A DNA stretch of 64,000 nucleotides from contig KV454012.1 in the NCBI GenBank assembly GCA_001661245.1, positions 1,012,848-1,076,847 of the forward strand. The letters are read 5' to 3'. Source of the stretch: Pachysolen tannophilus NRRL Y-2460 (Eukaryota). The notes under the pieces were generated by a model. The model was not told the origin of the DNA. It ran no database searches and saw only the letters and a list, made by a program, of their open reading frames with translations. The position numbers and the translations under genes were made by a program. Shown in pieces: positions 1 to 13,338 of this stretch. Position 1 is the first letter of the stretch; each line of letters opens with the position of its first letter.

Positions 1-1880
1 AAGCTGAAATTAAACATTATGCTTCTGTTTTCTTATTATCTACTTTAGCTATTCCCCCTGAAGATGGTAGTGGGTCATCAAATGTTGATTTTGTAAGAAG
101 TAAAAATTTTAAATTGACATCATTATTGAATTTACCAAAAATTCCAACTCGTGATTCATTGATTCAATCTATTTTAAATAGAGGTATTTTAAACATTGTT
201 GATCCATCATTAGCAAAATTATATTCACTTTTGGAAAAATCTTTCCATCCATTAACTCTTGCTAAAGAAATTCAACCTTCATTTGAAATTATTGAAGCTA
301 ATGTTGATTTGAAAAAATATGCAAAACCTTTATCAGAAGTTACTTTAACTAAATTATTTCAACAAGTATCAGAAATTTATGAAAGTATTAAATTAGATTT
401 TTTGGTAGAATTAGCAACTTTTAAAAGTGAATTTCAGAAAACACCAATTGAAATTGAAAACTTTTTGGTTAATGCTGGTCAAAAAGGTTTATTATCTGTT
501 AAGATTGATCATGATGCTAAAGTAGTTTCATTTAGAACTGATCCATTTGAAGAAAAATTATTTGGTACAAGTAACTTACAACCTATACCTGCCGAATTAG
601 TTCATTCATTATTAGCTAATTTAGCTCAAACATTAGTTATAACCAATAGTAGAATTGATCCATCAATTGCTTTAGCTAAAGAAGTTGCAAGAAAACGTGC
701 TTTAGAATTAGCAAATAAGGAATTTGATGCTGAAAGTAAGGAAGTTCTTTCTCGTTTCAATATTTTGGAAGAACGTCAACGTAAATTGGATGAAGCTAGA
801 CGTATCAAGGAAGAAGAAGAAATTAGATTAAGACAAGAGAAACTGATAGCTGAGAAGAGAGCAGAACAAGAACGTATTGAACAAGAAGCTATTAGAAGAA
901 GAAAGGAAAAATTATTGCGTGAACAAGAAGCAATTAAAGAAAAGGAAAAGAAGAAGATTGCAGAAGAAATTAATGCTAAAGGTATTATTAAAATTGATGT
1001 TGATAAATTGGAAGATCTTGATGCTGATAAGTTACGTTTGATGCAAGTTGAACAATTAACCAAGGATAAGAAAGATTTGGAAACCAAATTAAGATCTTTG
1101 GCCAAGAAGATGGATCATACCGAGAGAGCTTATAGAAGATATGAGTTACCATTATTGGCTAAAGATGCCGAGTTACAAAAGGAGAAAGATAAAGAAATTT
1201 ATGAAGAGACAAAGACTAAGATCATTGCTCAAGCCAAGAAAGAGCATGAATCTGCTATTAAATTACGTGATCGTCTTCAAAAAGTTGTTCCAGATTTCGA
1301 AAAGTTTAGAGCAGAAGTTGGTCTGCAAAAACATGAACAATATCTTGCTAAAGTTGCTGAGCTTAAGGCTAAATTAGAAGCTGCAAGACAAGAGCGTATT
1401 TCACAAGTTATAGCTGAAAGGAAAGCTTTTATGGAGGAAGAACTTAGAAATAAGAAAGAAGCTGAAAGAAGAGCTGCTGAAGAAGAAGAAATCTTAAAAC
1501 AAAAAGCTGAAGAGCGCCGCAAGAGAGAAGAAGCCATTGAAAAACAAAGAGAAATTGAACAATTGGCCTTACAGAAGAATAATAGCACGAAAAGAGTTGC
1601 ATCTCCTAGTGCTAGTGCTAGTACTGGTGCTGGTGCCGCCGAAGCTATCCCATCTGACAGACCATTAAGCTTTGCCGAAAAGATGAGACTTAAGAGAGAA
1701 CAACAACAAAGAGAAGGTTCTAACGCAAGCAATACAAGCTCTCCACGTGCCCCAGCCTCCTCACTTTCTCCAGCCTCTGCATCATCAAAAGTGGCATCTC
1801 CATCTCCAGCTCCTGCAAAGAAAGAATTGACATTTTCAGAGAAGATGAAATTGAAGAGAGCACAGGAAAAGAGATTGTAG
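1..1880 (+). CDS. RPG1: eIF3 subunit a, 5'-truncated by the window edge
   Basis: Frame is open from base 3. PCI-domain end (FHPLTL...VKIDH) followed by a long charged coiled coil with DHTERAYR, as in Tif32/Rpg1. Confidence 0.93.
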   Translation, partial: AEIKHYASVFLLSTLAIPPEDGSGSSNVDFVRSKNFKLTSLLNLPKIPTRDSLIQSILNRGILNIVDPSLAKLYSLLEKSFHPLTLAKEIQPSFEIIEANVDLKKYAKPLSEVTLTKLFQQVSEIYESIKLDFLVELATFKSEFQKTPIEIENFLVNAGQKGLLSVKIDHDAKVVSFRTDPFEEKLFGTSNLQPIPAELVHSLLANLAQTLVITNSRIDPSIALAKEVARKRALELANKEFDAESKEVLSRFNILEERQRKLDEARRIKEEEEIRLRQEKLIAEKRAEQERIEQEAIRRRKEKLLREQEAIKEKEKKKIAEEINAKGIIKIDVDKLEDLDADKLRLMQVEQLTKDKKDLETKLRSLAKKMDHTERAYRRYELPLLAKDAELQKEKDKEIYEETKTKIIAQAKKEHESAIKLRDRLQKVVPDFEKFRAEVGLQKHEQYLAKVAELKAKLEAARQERISQVIAERKAFMEEELRNKKEAERRAAEEEEILKQKAEERRKREEAIEKQREIEQLALQKNNSTKRVASPSASASTGAGAAEAIPSDRPLSFAEKMRLKREQQQREGSNASNTSSPRAPASSLSPASASSKVASPSPAPAKKELTFSEKMKLKRAQEKRL

Positions 1881-2493
1881 TATTTCCCCAAAATTATATA
1901 TAAATATATATAAATATTGTTTATTTTTTTTTTTTTTCTCAACTTTCTTCCACTTATACAGGTTGTCTTATAGCATGATTAACTTGAATAATATGTCATA
2001 TTTTAACTGTTTTTAAACCACAAGAAATGGTGTATCTTGGAAGTATCTTAAAAGTATCTTTAATGGTTTTGGCGACACATGACACATAATAGGATATGAC
2101 ATGTGACGTGATTTTTCTCTTTGACACTTGTCACTTGACACCTAACACCTGACATCTGACACACACACGCCACTTGATATGGTGAAATTGGGACACCTGT
2201 CGTTTGTGGCTTTATTTTTGTCACTTTTGTCGCTTTTTCTCCAAATTTTTTTTTTTTTTTTTTTGGAAATTTTTCACTGTTTTGATTTTTTTCTTTCTTT
2301 TTTGAATCAAGAATTAATTGTATTGAGAATTTGATAAGAACAGCGTAGCCGTATTGATAAAATATTTGAAGAGGTTTTTTTTCATTTTATTTTTTTTTTT
2401 TTTCTTTCTTTCTTTGTTTTGCTGTGTTTAATTTGGCAATTGATAATATAGTTTGAAACAGAGTCGAATAGTAATAAAGAAATTAATTTGATC

Positions 2494-3162
2494 ATGTCTA
2501 CATTTTTCGATGAAATGAAGATGTCTTTTAAAGATGTTCCAATTTTAGAAAATGATAAAATTGCTACATCTGAATTTCTTTGTGCTGCTGAATCATTGAT
2601 TCATTTATTTGGTGAGTGAAAGAGAATAAAAAGAAAAGAAAAAAAAGAAATTCTTGGTGTATACTAACTTATTTTTTTTTTAGATTTATTTGGTTCTTCA
2701 GCGTTTGCTGTTGTTCAAAAAGATATGACTGGTAATGTTGAAAAAATTAGAAAAAGATTATTATCAAGTCCTGGTGATTCATCAACTTTACAAGATTTAA
2801 TATTAAGTGAAGCTTCAAGTAAATCTAAAAGTGCAACACAAGGTCTTTTATGGTTAACACGAGGATTACAATTTACAGCTCAAGCAATGAGAGAAACTGT
2901 TGAAAATGAAAATGAAGAATTAACAAAATCTTTTACAAATTCTTATAATAAAACATTAATAAAATATCATAGTATGTTAGTTAGACCTGTTTTCAAATTA
3001 GCAATGAAAGCATGTCCATATAGAAAAGATTTTTTCTTAAAATTAGGTTCAGATCAAAATAAAGTTGGTATTCAAATTAGAGAATGGTTAGAAGCTTTAG
3101 AAAAAATTGTTAAATTAATTTTAGATTTTTTCTCAAGTGGTAATTATGATAAAGGTTTATGA
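2494..3162 (+). CDS. Glycolipid transfer protein (GLTP/HET-C2 family), 2 exons
   Basis: Exons 2494-2611 and 2684-3162. Intron GTGAGT...TACTAAC(2662-2668)...TAG. Spliced protein reads MSTFFDEM...FLCAAESLIHLF/DLFGSSAFAVVQKDMTGN...LLWLTRGL...H...ACPYR, the GLTP motifs. Confidence 0.9.
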
Positions 3163-4368
3163 AAAATACTTTAAATGAAAAAAAAAAAAAAAATCAAATC
3201 ATTAAGGACAGTTTATTATATTTTTTAAAAAATTTAATTCAATTCTTATCTCTGTATCTGTCTAATTTTATTTATATATATATATATATATATGTATAGT
3301 TTGTTTTCTATTAAATAAAGACCTAATTAAAGGTGTATGCGTTTTTTCAAATTACTACTATATTTAAAAAGAAAAGAAAAAAAAACCCCATAAAAGGTTC
3401 AAGTCAAAGTCAAAGTCAAAGTATAGCTAAAGCTAGGTCCAGCCATTAAAATAACTAAAGCTTAGTTTTATTTTTTCTTTTTTAATTCAATCGTGATTTT
3501 GTCGATTTGAGGTCGGGATATTCTATATTTCGAACAACCGTAATAACATGCAAAAACACGCGTAAACTTTTTTAAAATATTGAAAATCTTTAATTTCTAA
3601 TAATGAAATATATAAAATAAAATGAAATATAATATATATTGCTTTGAACTTGGCAAAATTAATTGATACTTTTTAAAGACAAGAATTAACCCAAAAAGGT
3701 TAATTTTTTTTTTTAATTTTAAGACATTTAACATTTCTATTTAATTTATTATTATCCCTTCTAATATTGGAAAGAAATGATTTATTATTGAAAAAGAAAA
3801 GAAAATTTATTTAATAATCTAAAGCTTTCTAAAAAAAAATTATAGAATACTAAATAAAGAAAAAAAGAAAATGAAAAAGTCTCATTTAGAGAAACCCCGA
3901 AGACGAAAATCAAAATGAAAGTAAAGAGAATTGTTAAAAAAAAATGAAATAAATAATATATATATAAAATAAAATAAAAATGAAAAAAAAAAAAATTATT
4001 ATTTTTATAATTACAATATTAAAAGTGTAAAAATGTAATGATGAAAATAAATTATCATTTAAAACTTCATGATCTTAATGTTTATTGTATTTTTTTTCTA
4101 TTTTTTTTTTTGAAATTTTCTAAATTTTGAACAATTATTGTAGTAGTATTAGCAGTATTAGTATTAGTAGTAGTAGTAATTATCAACACTTTAACGATTA
4201 TTCTTATTATTATTATTATTATTATTATATTATACGAAGAAGAAGAAGAAAAAAAATATTGAAAAAAAAATTTAACAATTATGTTTTTTTTTTTAAAGTA
4301 AACCTTTTTTTTTNTTTTTTTTTTTTTTTTTTTCTAAAAAAAAAATTATTAGAATCGCATTCTTTAAA

Positions 4369-4412
<44 letters not shown>

Positions 4413-4476
4413 GTAATAATAGTATTCATATAATAATATTTCTTTTCCTTTAAAGTCGCAGTAATTAAAAAAACAC

Positions 4477-6476
4477 TTATAACAAAGATAAGGCAATAGC
4501 AACAAAAGTACCAAAGATTGATAAACTTGCAACTGCAGAGTTACCTGCAGCCAGAGCAGTTGATGAAGATGAAGATGAAGATGAACTTGAATCTGAACTT
4601 GAACCAGTAGAAGTACTCAGTCCTGAAGTAGCAGTACCTGTAGTTGAAGTTGAACTTGAAGCAGCAGAACAAACATACTTGTCACCTTCAATGACACCAT
4701 CACTATCTAAATCGTTAAATTCAGTACAATCCAAGTCACCATCAGTTTCAACAATGAATCCACCTCTAACAGTTTTTAAAGCTGGTAATGAAGCATTTGA
4801 AAAAGAACCTTCAAATTCAACAGCACCACCAACGGTTTCTAAATCATCAAATCCATCAATTGTATCTAAATCTGTATTGTTAACAATAACAAAACCTCCA
4901 GCAATAGAAGTTAATTTTGAAAAATCAAGTTCTGTTAATTTTTCATTATTTTCAATTGTTAAAGTACCACCAATAGTTTCAACAGAATTAACTTTAATTG
5001 ATTCCATAACTGAACTAATAAAACCTAATGAAGCATTAACAGTAGTTAAGTTACTAAGAGAAACAGAAGCAATATCACGGAAAGTAATATTATTTGCCCA
5101 AATTAAATCATCAAATTTAACATCAACATCTTCTGAATTATAAGAAATATCTAATGCAGATGAAATTGTTTCAATTGAAGATTCAATAGTATCCAAATTC
5201 TTATTATTGTTAATATTAAAAGTTTCAACATTTGTAGCATCAAATCCATCTAAACTTGATAAATAAGTATCAGAAATATAAATTGATTCAGCATCTGTAA
5301 TACCAGTAGTTAAAGAAATTGAACTTAAAGCTGGTAAAGTAACAAAATAAACTGCACCAACTGAACTTAATTCAGCAAATGACAGAGTTGATAAAATAGT
5401 TAAATCCACAAGACTTAAAGTACCAGTAATGGTAGTAATAGAATCGGCAGTAAGAGAAGTTAAACTAGTAGCATTGTAAACAGTCAAATCACCATAAATA
5501 GCTTTAATGTTTGAAATTGAAGCAGTTGCAATATCACCACCAATGGTAAGGTCACCTTTAATGGCATCACATGAAGCCAAGTCATCCAACTCTGATTGAG
5601 CAGTAGCAGTATAAGATGTCAAGGTACAACCAGAAGCAACAGAAACAGAAGTTGTGGATGTAATAGTAGCATCTATAAAATTAAATAGAATAGAATTAAA
5701 AGAAGAAAATTTGTTAGTATAAAATTTCAAAATAGAAATTCACAAAAGTAGTTCGGGGCATATCAATTTGGAGGGCAAAAGAAAAAAAAAAAAGAACAGT
5801 AGTAGTCGTGTAACGCAAAACCAATTACCTCTCCTGCGCCTTAAATTTAATTTATTTATAAAATTTCTTTTTTTTCTTTGATTCTTTCTCTCGGGAAAAA
5901 AAAAAAAACTAATTTTAGAAATAAATTAAATTTAAAATTGAAAAAAAATTTTTTTTTTTTTCAAAATCGTCGAAGAAGGGGGAAAAGAGCGCGAACGAAT
6001 CAAATCTGTAAACAAAATCTGTACTATTTTTGTATGGGCGTTAAAAAATGAATAATAATAATAAAAATAAATCATAAGAGAATCAATGAAATGATCTATG
6101 GTGATTGATATATATTGATTGATCCATTTTAATGTAAAAATCATCATGAACAGTTTTATTTATATTTATGATGAATAAATGAATGATTGATTGATTTAAT
6201 TAATAGTAAATATTTTTTCTTTTTTTTTTAAAAAATTCTTTGTATGCCAGATCTCTTGTTTATTTAATTAAATTTTCTCTCTTTAAACGCCCTCTAAAAT
6301 TACAAATCAATAATACCCATATTGAAAAATCCAATATACAATTTTCTTTTTGTTTTGCCTCCACCAACTGAAATTTATTAAATTTACTTACTTAATGATG
6401 AAGTTATCTCAGTAACATCAGCAAGAACTGTTGAAACCAAGGCAGCAGCCAAAAACAATGATTTCTTGAATTGCAT
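4477..6476 (-). CDS. ECM33: GPI-anchored cell-wall protein, Ecm33/Pst1/Sps2 family, 2 exons
   Basis: Exon 1 (6476-6392) encodes a signal peptide MQFKKSLFLAAALVSTVLA. 719-nt intron GTAAGT(6391)...TACTAAC(5719-5713)...TAG(5673). Exon 2 has receptor-L-like repeats, a Ser/Thr tail and a hydrophobic GPI signal. Confidence 0.92.
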
Positions 6477-7768
6477 GTTTTCCTATAGTTTTTTTTTATG
6501 ATAAAAAAATAAAAGCGAAAGTGAATAGAAATAAACACAGCAATTAAATTGAAGTTATTTAAATTTAAAATAAATGGAAAATAAAATAAACAGGAGACTT
6601 CAATTTAATATATAAAAAGAAAGGAAGGGGGAAAAGTTATTTAAAAAAAAAAAAAAGAGATTAGAAAGAGTTGATTGAGAAAAGTGGTTACCGAAGAAGA
6701 ATATTAATCGAGGTATACATATACAATTCACTCACTTACATACTTAGTTATTTACTTATTTACACTCACCCACACACTCAATTCACACTTACTTACGCAT
6801 AAAATACGTACATACATACATAAATATGTTATGATTAACTGAAAATAGTAATTAAAACTATGTTGTGCCGGTAACAATATTTATTTTCATTTAACCTAAA
6901 AAGGCTTTTTCCGGGGGTGTTTTCTTTACAACAGTGGGTGAATTCCGGGAATTATAAAATTATAGATGAAAAAAAAAAAAAAGAAAACAAAATAAAAAAA
7001 AAAAGACGCACTGAAAATCGGAATTGCAGCTTACCGCGAGTTAACAACCTCAATACAAATTCAAATTAAACTTTTGACTTTTGAAAAAATTAAAATTGAA
7101 AGCTGAAACTGTATTTCTCGCTCTGCACATAACGTTGTTGTTGTGTTTAAGCTCCAGCCCCCTTATGATACAGAAACCTACACTTTACATTTTACACAAA
7201 CACAAAAAATTGAGTTTATTTTGTTGTTTGTTTAATCTGTATAGCCTACTAATATTTTTTTTACAGCAAAAAAAAAAAAAGAAAAAACATTACATATTAT
7301 ACACTTTTTCGGTTTTTTGTAAATAGTGTAACCCTGGATTGGCGTTCTTTTACAAGGCGCCCTTCCCCCAAAGGGTATGCTCACGGTACTATTCTAAAAA
7401 AATTTTATAACTAAGGCAACTCGTTATTTTTAAAATTTCTTTAGATTTTTAAAATTTCTTCTTTTGCCCGCCGGGAATTTTTTCCGGTATTCTGTCTCTG
7501 TTCTAAAAAAAAATTCATCTCTGCCTTCGAGAGCGGGAACTTTTCCCTTCTCTTTCTTTCTCTTTCTCTTTTGTTATTTTATTGTTTCTCCCCGCAAAAG
7601 AGGTGGGTGGGATTCCAACTTACTGACCAGCTGGAGAGAAAGACTAGTTTAGTTAAATTCTAGATTTTAAAATAGTAAAAAAGTTTCAAGAATAGATATT
7701 TCAATTCAACTATATTATTCTTTTTGGTTTTTTTTGGTTTTTGTTAATTTTATAATTTTTTAAATAAA

Positions 7769-8476
7769 ATGTCATCTACATTGGTTTCTTCAGAAGATGA
7801 ATTTTCACAAAATTTAATTAATTTATTAAATTTAACTGTTCCAATACCAAAATATAATGATGATTATTCAAGAGATTTAAAACAAGTTTCATCATTAGGT
7901 ATAACACTTGCAAAAATACCTAATTTAAATAATTTTCAATTTCAAAAAAATTCAAATGAAATATCAAATAATAATCAAGAAAGACAAATTGAAGTTTTTT
8001 TCAAATCAATAAAACCTCCTTTAAAATTTACACATAAATTAAATTGTACTGGTTCAAGTACTATTTATAAATTAAAAGAAGATTTAATAAATAATTTAGA
8101 TTTATTAAAATTAAATTCAATTTCAATATCTTGTTTAAAATTTTTAATAAAGGGTAAAGTTATTAATGATAATGTTTTTTTAAAAGATCTTATTAATTTT
8201 ACAAATGATGAAAAAAAAATTCCTGAAATTTCATTTATGGTAATTGTAGGGAATAATAGTACAGTTTCTTCTCGTGATACAACTCCAATACCAATGAATC
8301 TTGAAGATCCACCAATAATATCATTACAACAAGAACCTAATACTAGTAATATAAATAATTTAAGTGAAGAATTATGGCTGAAAATAGGTAATCAAGTTGC
8401 AAGTATGTATAATACAAAGGATACATCTAAAATCATGGAAAGATTGAAAAAAGGTTGGAATTCAATTCAAAATTAG
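7769..8476 (+). CDS. MDY2: Get5/Mdy2 ubiquitin-like GET pathway protein
   Basis: N-terminal Get4-binding-like segment (EFSQNL...PKYNDDYSRDLKQVSSLG), UBL domain (KSIKPP...KFLIKGKVI), C-terminal ERLKKGW. Confidence 0.8.
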   Translation: MSSTLVSSEDEFSQNLINLLNLTVPIPKYNDDYSRDLKQVSSLGITLAKIPNLNNFQFQKNSNEISNNNQERQIEVFFKSIKPPLKFTHKLNCTGSSTIYKLKEDLINNLDLLKLNSISISCLKFLIKGKVINDNVFLKDLINFTNDEKKIPEISFMVIVGNNSTVSSRDTTPIPMNLEDPPIISLQQEPNTSNINNLSEELWLKIGNQVASMYNTKDTSKIMERLKKGWNSIQN

Positions 8477-8591
8477 TATAATAATTGTATATGGGATTAA
8501 TTTAATTCAATTAATAAATCATGTGTATCAAAGATACAGATACACACACAAAAAAAAAATCTTTTACTAAATATAATATCTAGCTTATTAT

Positions 8592-9446
8592 TTATTGTCT
8601 TGATTTAATAATATCAACAAATTCAGGTTTCAATGAAGCACCTCCAACTAAGAAACCATCAACATCTGCTTTATCTTTGAATTGAGAAACATTCTTACCA
8701 TTGGCTGAACCACCGTACAAGATTCTAACAGCATTGGCTTGATCTGCACCAATAGTAGTCTTTAAATATTCTCTGATTTGGTGTTGAATATCTTGTGCAT
8801 CTTCAGCAGTAGCAGCTAAACCAGTACCAATGGCCCAAACTGGTTCATAAGCGATAACAATATTACTCCAATCAGAAACAACATCACTAACAGCCTTTAA
8901 TTGTCTTTTACAAACATCTAAAGTAGTACCAGCTTTTTTCTCTTCTAAAGTTTCACCAATACAAAGAATAACTTTAACACCACTATCTAAGGCAAATTTA
9001 GTCTTTGATGCAATAAATTGATCAGTTTCTTTAAAAATAGTACGTCTTTCAGAATGACCTAAAATAACCCAAGGAACATTCAAATCTTTAAGTGATTCAA
9101 CTGAAATTTCACCTGTATAAGCACCAGACAGCTTATCAAATGCATTCTGAGCAGCAATTGATATAGTTTTCAGCTTAACATTTTCAACAGCCAATGATAA
9201 GTATGGTGCAGGTGGAGCAAGAACAACTTCAACATTTGATGGTAAATCGGCAGAATTTAAATTATCAATAATTGCCTTAATAGAAGCTTTGCTTCCATTC
9301 ATCTTGAAATTACCACCAACGAAAAAAGTACGATTTTGAGTCTGAAATCATGTTAGCATTTCATTAATACTCCTTTTTTTTGATTGATTTTTTTTTTTGG
9401 GGCCCAAATTATATGAACCATATATATAGATAGATATACTTACCAT
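8592..9446 (-). CDS. TPI1: Triosephosphate isomerase; exon 1 is the ATG only
   Basis: ATG 9446-9444, intron 9443-9342 (GTAAGT...TGCTAAC...CAG), then [21 protein letters not shown] and [10 protein letters not shown]. Confidence 0.97.
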
Positions 9447-9722
9447 TTTTTCTTTTCTTCTTCTTTTTTTAAATGCTTAATTTTAATATTCTTCTTATTA
9501 TATAAATTAAAATTTATACAAATTAATGAAAAAAACTTTTTAAATTAAATTAAATTATATAATTTCTTTATTATTTGGAAATCAATTTACTTTTAAACCC
9601 CTTCAATCATTAAAGTGGTCTTCTAGATTCCATCCATCAGATGGTGTGTTCGCTCTAACATTGCGGAATCGCTTTATTAATTTTTTTTTTCACCAGCTTG
9701 TGATTATTTGACCTTTGCTGTC

Positions 9723-9730
9723 ATCACGTG
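9723..9730 (+). promoter_or_regulatory. Cbf1/bHLH-type site upstream of TPI1
   Basis: ATCACGTG matches RTCACGTG, about 280 nt upstream of the TPI1 ATG. Confidence 0.4.
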
Positions 9731-9926
9731 AGACAAGATGGAATTTAAACCATTTTTACTATTACTTCAGACAACTTCCAACAACAACGACAACAATAAT
9801 TAAAGAAGAAGAGGTTAAAAGACAAAAAAAGGTAAGAAGTCAGCCTACTATATAATATAATCAATATGGTGTTGGGGAAGGATGTTTTTTAACTTTTTTT
9901 TTTTTTTTTTTTCTTTTTTGTATGTC

Positions 9927-10888
9927 TTAATGGTGCGATTTCTTAAACATTTCTCTTATTTGTTTCTCCTTTTCACGTTGTGATCTTATTGCTTCCTTTT
10001 CAGCATTTACAATTTCTAATATTTTTTTATCATCCAATTTTGCTTTATAAGTATTAAAATTGACTTCATCTGCAAATTCTTTTTCCACATCTTTTTGATT
10101 AATTTGATCATCTGGTAAATCATCCCATTTCCTTAATTTTGTTTGTAAATTATAATTTTCTTTATCTTTATTTTTTGCCATTACAATATATTGACAATGT
10201 GGTAAATTTCTTAAACTTTCAAATTCTTCAACTGACCAACGATACCATTTCATTAAAAAAACTCTCATCCAAATTCCATGTGTAATCAATACTAATACAG
10301 AGGGAAAATCATCATTTTTAAATTGTCTAAATAATGATTCATTAAATGAAGCAACTCTATCATAACAATCAGCTCCACTTTCACCATATGGAATTCTATA
10401 AAAAAAATGTCCATAATGAGCTCTTTCTTTCCATATTTTTTCCATTTCTAATGAAGAACCTTGAAAATTTCCAAAATCTTGTTCTCTCATTCTTGGTTCT
10501 TCTCTTATATGATATTTAATACCTAATTCTTCAAATTTACCACCTTCTATCACACCTTCTAAAGTTTGACGAGCTCGAAAATATGGTGAAGTATAAAAAA
10601 GTACAGTATCATCATCTTTTAATATCGTTGAAACTAACCTATTACCTGCCAGTAAAGCTTCCAGACAACCTTTTTTAGTTAATGAAATTTTATGATTTGG
10701 AGTATGACAATTAACAGATTTATCTCTATTACTCTCAGATTCACCATGTCTTAGCAATAATATCAACTAGAAAAAATAAAGAAAAGAAAAAAAATAATTT
10801 TTTTTTCAGTTTAGTTAGAAATCATAAATCAAAGGTTATCATTATAACTTTATCAAAAATGTTTTATACCTACCCTCGGTCTAGCCAT
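9927..10888 (-). CDS. DET1: Histidine phosphatase (phosphoglycerate mutase family), 2 exons
   Basis: Exon 1 (10888-10874) encodes MARPR. Intron 10873-10767 (GTAGGT...TTCTAAC...TAG). Exon 2 reads LILLLRHGESESN...REQDFGNFQ...GESGAD...THG. Confidence 0.9.
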
Positions 10889-11518
10889 TATTATTAGTAC
10901 CTCTTTTTTATTTTTTATTTTTTATTTTTTATTTTTTTATTTTTTTATTTCTTTCTTTTATTATTGATCTTATTTAATTTTAAGCTTAAAATGATCTAAA
11001 TTTCAAAATAAAAAAATAAAAAAATAAATGTACTATTCTACTTTGATCCACCTATATTTAATATTTATCAATTATTCTTAGTTAAGAAAAGATCTCGTTT
11101 CTACTTCTTTGCTATAATAATAATAGATAAAAAATGTCCATCAATGGGCAAAGCCGCTCCAACTGTGCACAACTAACTAAATCACCGTCTAAATCATTAC
11201 GTCAGCCACACCTTTTTGTGTCTCTCTTTTTTTTTTTTTTTTCTTCTTTTTTTTTTTTCGTAGTGCGTTGTTTCAATACAAAATTGATATTTCGCTCACG
11301 TCCATACATGGACAAATATACTTGGACATAAACCTCACCAGGGATCCTAACCTTTGAATTGATATATCTATATTATATATATTGACTAAACTAATTCATT
11401 CAATTGGAAAACAAAAATGGGACAAAGAAATTGTATAAATATATATATATATATATATATAACTAAATGAATAATAAAAACATAAAACTACTAAAAAAAA
11501 AAAAAAGAACCAAAGTGA

Positions 11519-13288
11519 TTAATTTTTTTCCTTTTCTTCACTCTTGACCAAGCTATCAGGTTTTAAAGTTGGGAATAATAAAACTTCTCTAATAGTATTT
11601 GAATTGGTCAAGAACATAGCTAATCTATCAATACCACAACCCCAACCAGCAGTTGGTGGTAATCCGTACTCTAAAGCGTTACAGAAGGTTTCATCGATCA
11701 ATTGGGCCTCATCATCACCTTGAGCTTTTTGTTTTGCTTGTTCTTCAAATCTTTGTCTTTGATCAAATGGATCATTTAATTCTGTATATGCGTTACAAAC
11801 TTCTTTTGTAGCAACAAAGACTTCGAATCTTTCACATAAACCTGGGATTTTTCTATCATATTTGGCTAATGGAGACATCATTTGAGGATGACCAAAGATA
11901 AAAGTTGGATTTATACACATATCTTCTAATTCTCCTACAAGTTTATCCAACATTCTAGCATTTGTTAAAGGAGGTGGACAATCCAATTTATGTTTGATTA
12001 AAATTGATTTCAAAAATTGACCAGTTTCAGCAGTATGTAATTGATCACCAGGTGGGAATTTTACATTAAAAACTTTTTCTAATTCTTCAATCATATTAAT
12101 TCTTTTCCATGGTCTAGTAAAATTTAAAATAAGTTCTTTACCATCAGGTCCATCTGGATGATATTTAATCTCATAAGAACCAGTAATTTCTTTAACCATT
12201 TCTGAAAATAAAACTTCAGTCATATCCATCAAATCATAAACATCTGCATAAGCTTGATAAAATTCACAAGTTGTAAATTCTGGATTATGTGTCATATCAA
12301 TACCTTCATTTCTAAATTGTCTACCAATTTCATATACTCTATCCATACCACCAACAACCAACTCTTTTAAGAACAATTCAGGTGCAACTCTCATAAACAT
12401 ATCCATATTTAAATCATTATGATGAGTAATAAATGGTTTTGCAGTGGCACCACCAGCAATAACATTCATCATTGGAGTTTCAACTTCAATAAAATCTCTT
12501 GTATCTAAAAATCTTCTAATATATGAAATAATCTTTGATCTTACAATAAAGCGATCTCTTGTAGAATTGTTTACAATCAAATCAAGATATCTTTTCCTAT
12601 AACGAGCTTCTTGATCTTTAAAACCATAATGTTCAGTTGGTAACATATGTAAACATGGAGTTAATAATTTGACTTCTCTAGCAAAGACAGAAACTTCACC
12701 TTCACCACCTTTATTTGGGTTAGTTCTACCAGGGTAACCTCTAACACCAATAATATCACCTCTTCTTAATAATTCATGCATTTTAGCATAATCACCATCA
12801 GCATCTTGAGCTTGTGCCATAACTTGAAGAATAACACCATCACCATGTAAAACATAAAATTTTAATTTTGAACCAGATTCTCTCTTGGTATGGATTCTTC
12901 CAGCAATGAAAACTTCAGTATCTTCTAAAGTTTCTCCTTTTTGTAAATAAGAATATTTTTTAGAAAATTGATCTAATCTAATTGAAACTGGAAATTTATG
13001 AGGATAAGGATTTGTTTCAGAATGAGGTTTTCTTAACTCATCAATTTGTCTTGATCTAATTTCAAAATACTGGTTTGGAGTTAAATCAGCTAAATCATCT
13101 TTCTTTTTAGAAACTTTTGGAGCAGTAGCTTGACTCTTAGAAGCCTTTTCAGCTTTTTTAGCTTCTTGAAGTCTCTGTTTTTGTCTTTTTTTCAATTCTG
13201 ATTTGGAAACATATTCCCCTGTTGGTTCATCCAAATATGTTTTTTGAACTTGTTCTGCAAGTTGATCAACCTGTGCGTCTTCTGGCAT
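11519..13288 (-). CDS. KRS1: Cytosolic lysyl-tRNA synthetase
   Basis: [12 protein letters not shown]-fold, [15 protein letters not shown] and [15 protein letters not shown] class II motifs. Confidence 0.98.
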   Translation of the reverse strand: MPEDAQVDQLAEQVQKTYLDEPTGEYVSKSELKKRQKQRLQEAKKAEKASKSQATAPKVSKKKDDLADLTPNQYFEIRSRQIDELRKPHSETNPYPHKFPVSIRLDQFSKKYSYLQKGETLEDTEVFIAGRIHTKRESGSKLKFYVLHGDGVILQVMAQAQDADGDYAKMHELLRRGDIIGVRGYPGRTNPNKGGEGEVSVFAREVKLLTPCLHMLPTEHYGFKDQEARYRKRYLDLIVNNSTRDRFIVRSKIISYIRRFLDTRDFIEVETPMMNVIAGGATAKPFITHHNDLNMDMFMRVAPELFLKELVVGGMDRVYEIGRQFRNEGIDMTHNPEFTTCEFYQAYADVYDLMDMTEVLFSEMVKEITGSYEIKYHPDGPDGKELILNFTRPWKRINMIEELEKVFNVKFPPGDQLHTAETGQFLKSILIKHKLDCPPPLTNARMLDKLVGELEDMCINPTFIFGHPQMMSPLAKYDRKIPGLCERFEVFVATKEVCNAYTELNDPFDQRQRFEEQAKQKAQGDDEAQLIDETFCNALEYGLPPTAGWGCGIDRLAMFLTNSNTIREVLLFPTLKPDSLVKSEEKEKN

Positions 13289-13338
13289 TTTCCTTCACTA
13301 AAAATTTGATTTATTTAGTTTAAATAATTTTATCAATT

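Noticed and set aside
776..1942. Antisense or nested ORFs over eIF3a, and similar ones over ECM33, SWE1, SEC24 and PFK26
   Set aside because: Shadows of biased coding sequence with no recognisable motifs.
4127..4532. ORFs with poly-N/Y/F/K tracts (also 45215-45451, 13613-13822, 61948-62133)
   Set aside because: Microsatellites and homopolymers in non-coding DNA.
6141..6147. C-box-like ATGATGA in the ECM33 intron (also 44518-44524 and 18842-18848)
   Set aside because: No D box (CTGA) at a suitable distance and no rRNA-complementary guide.
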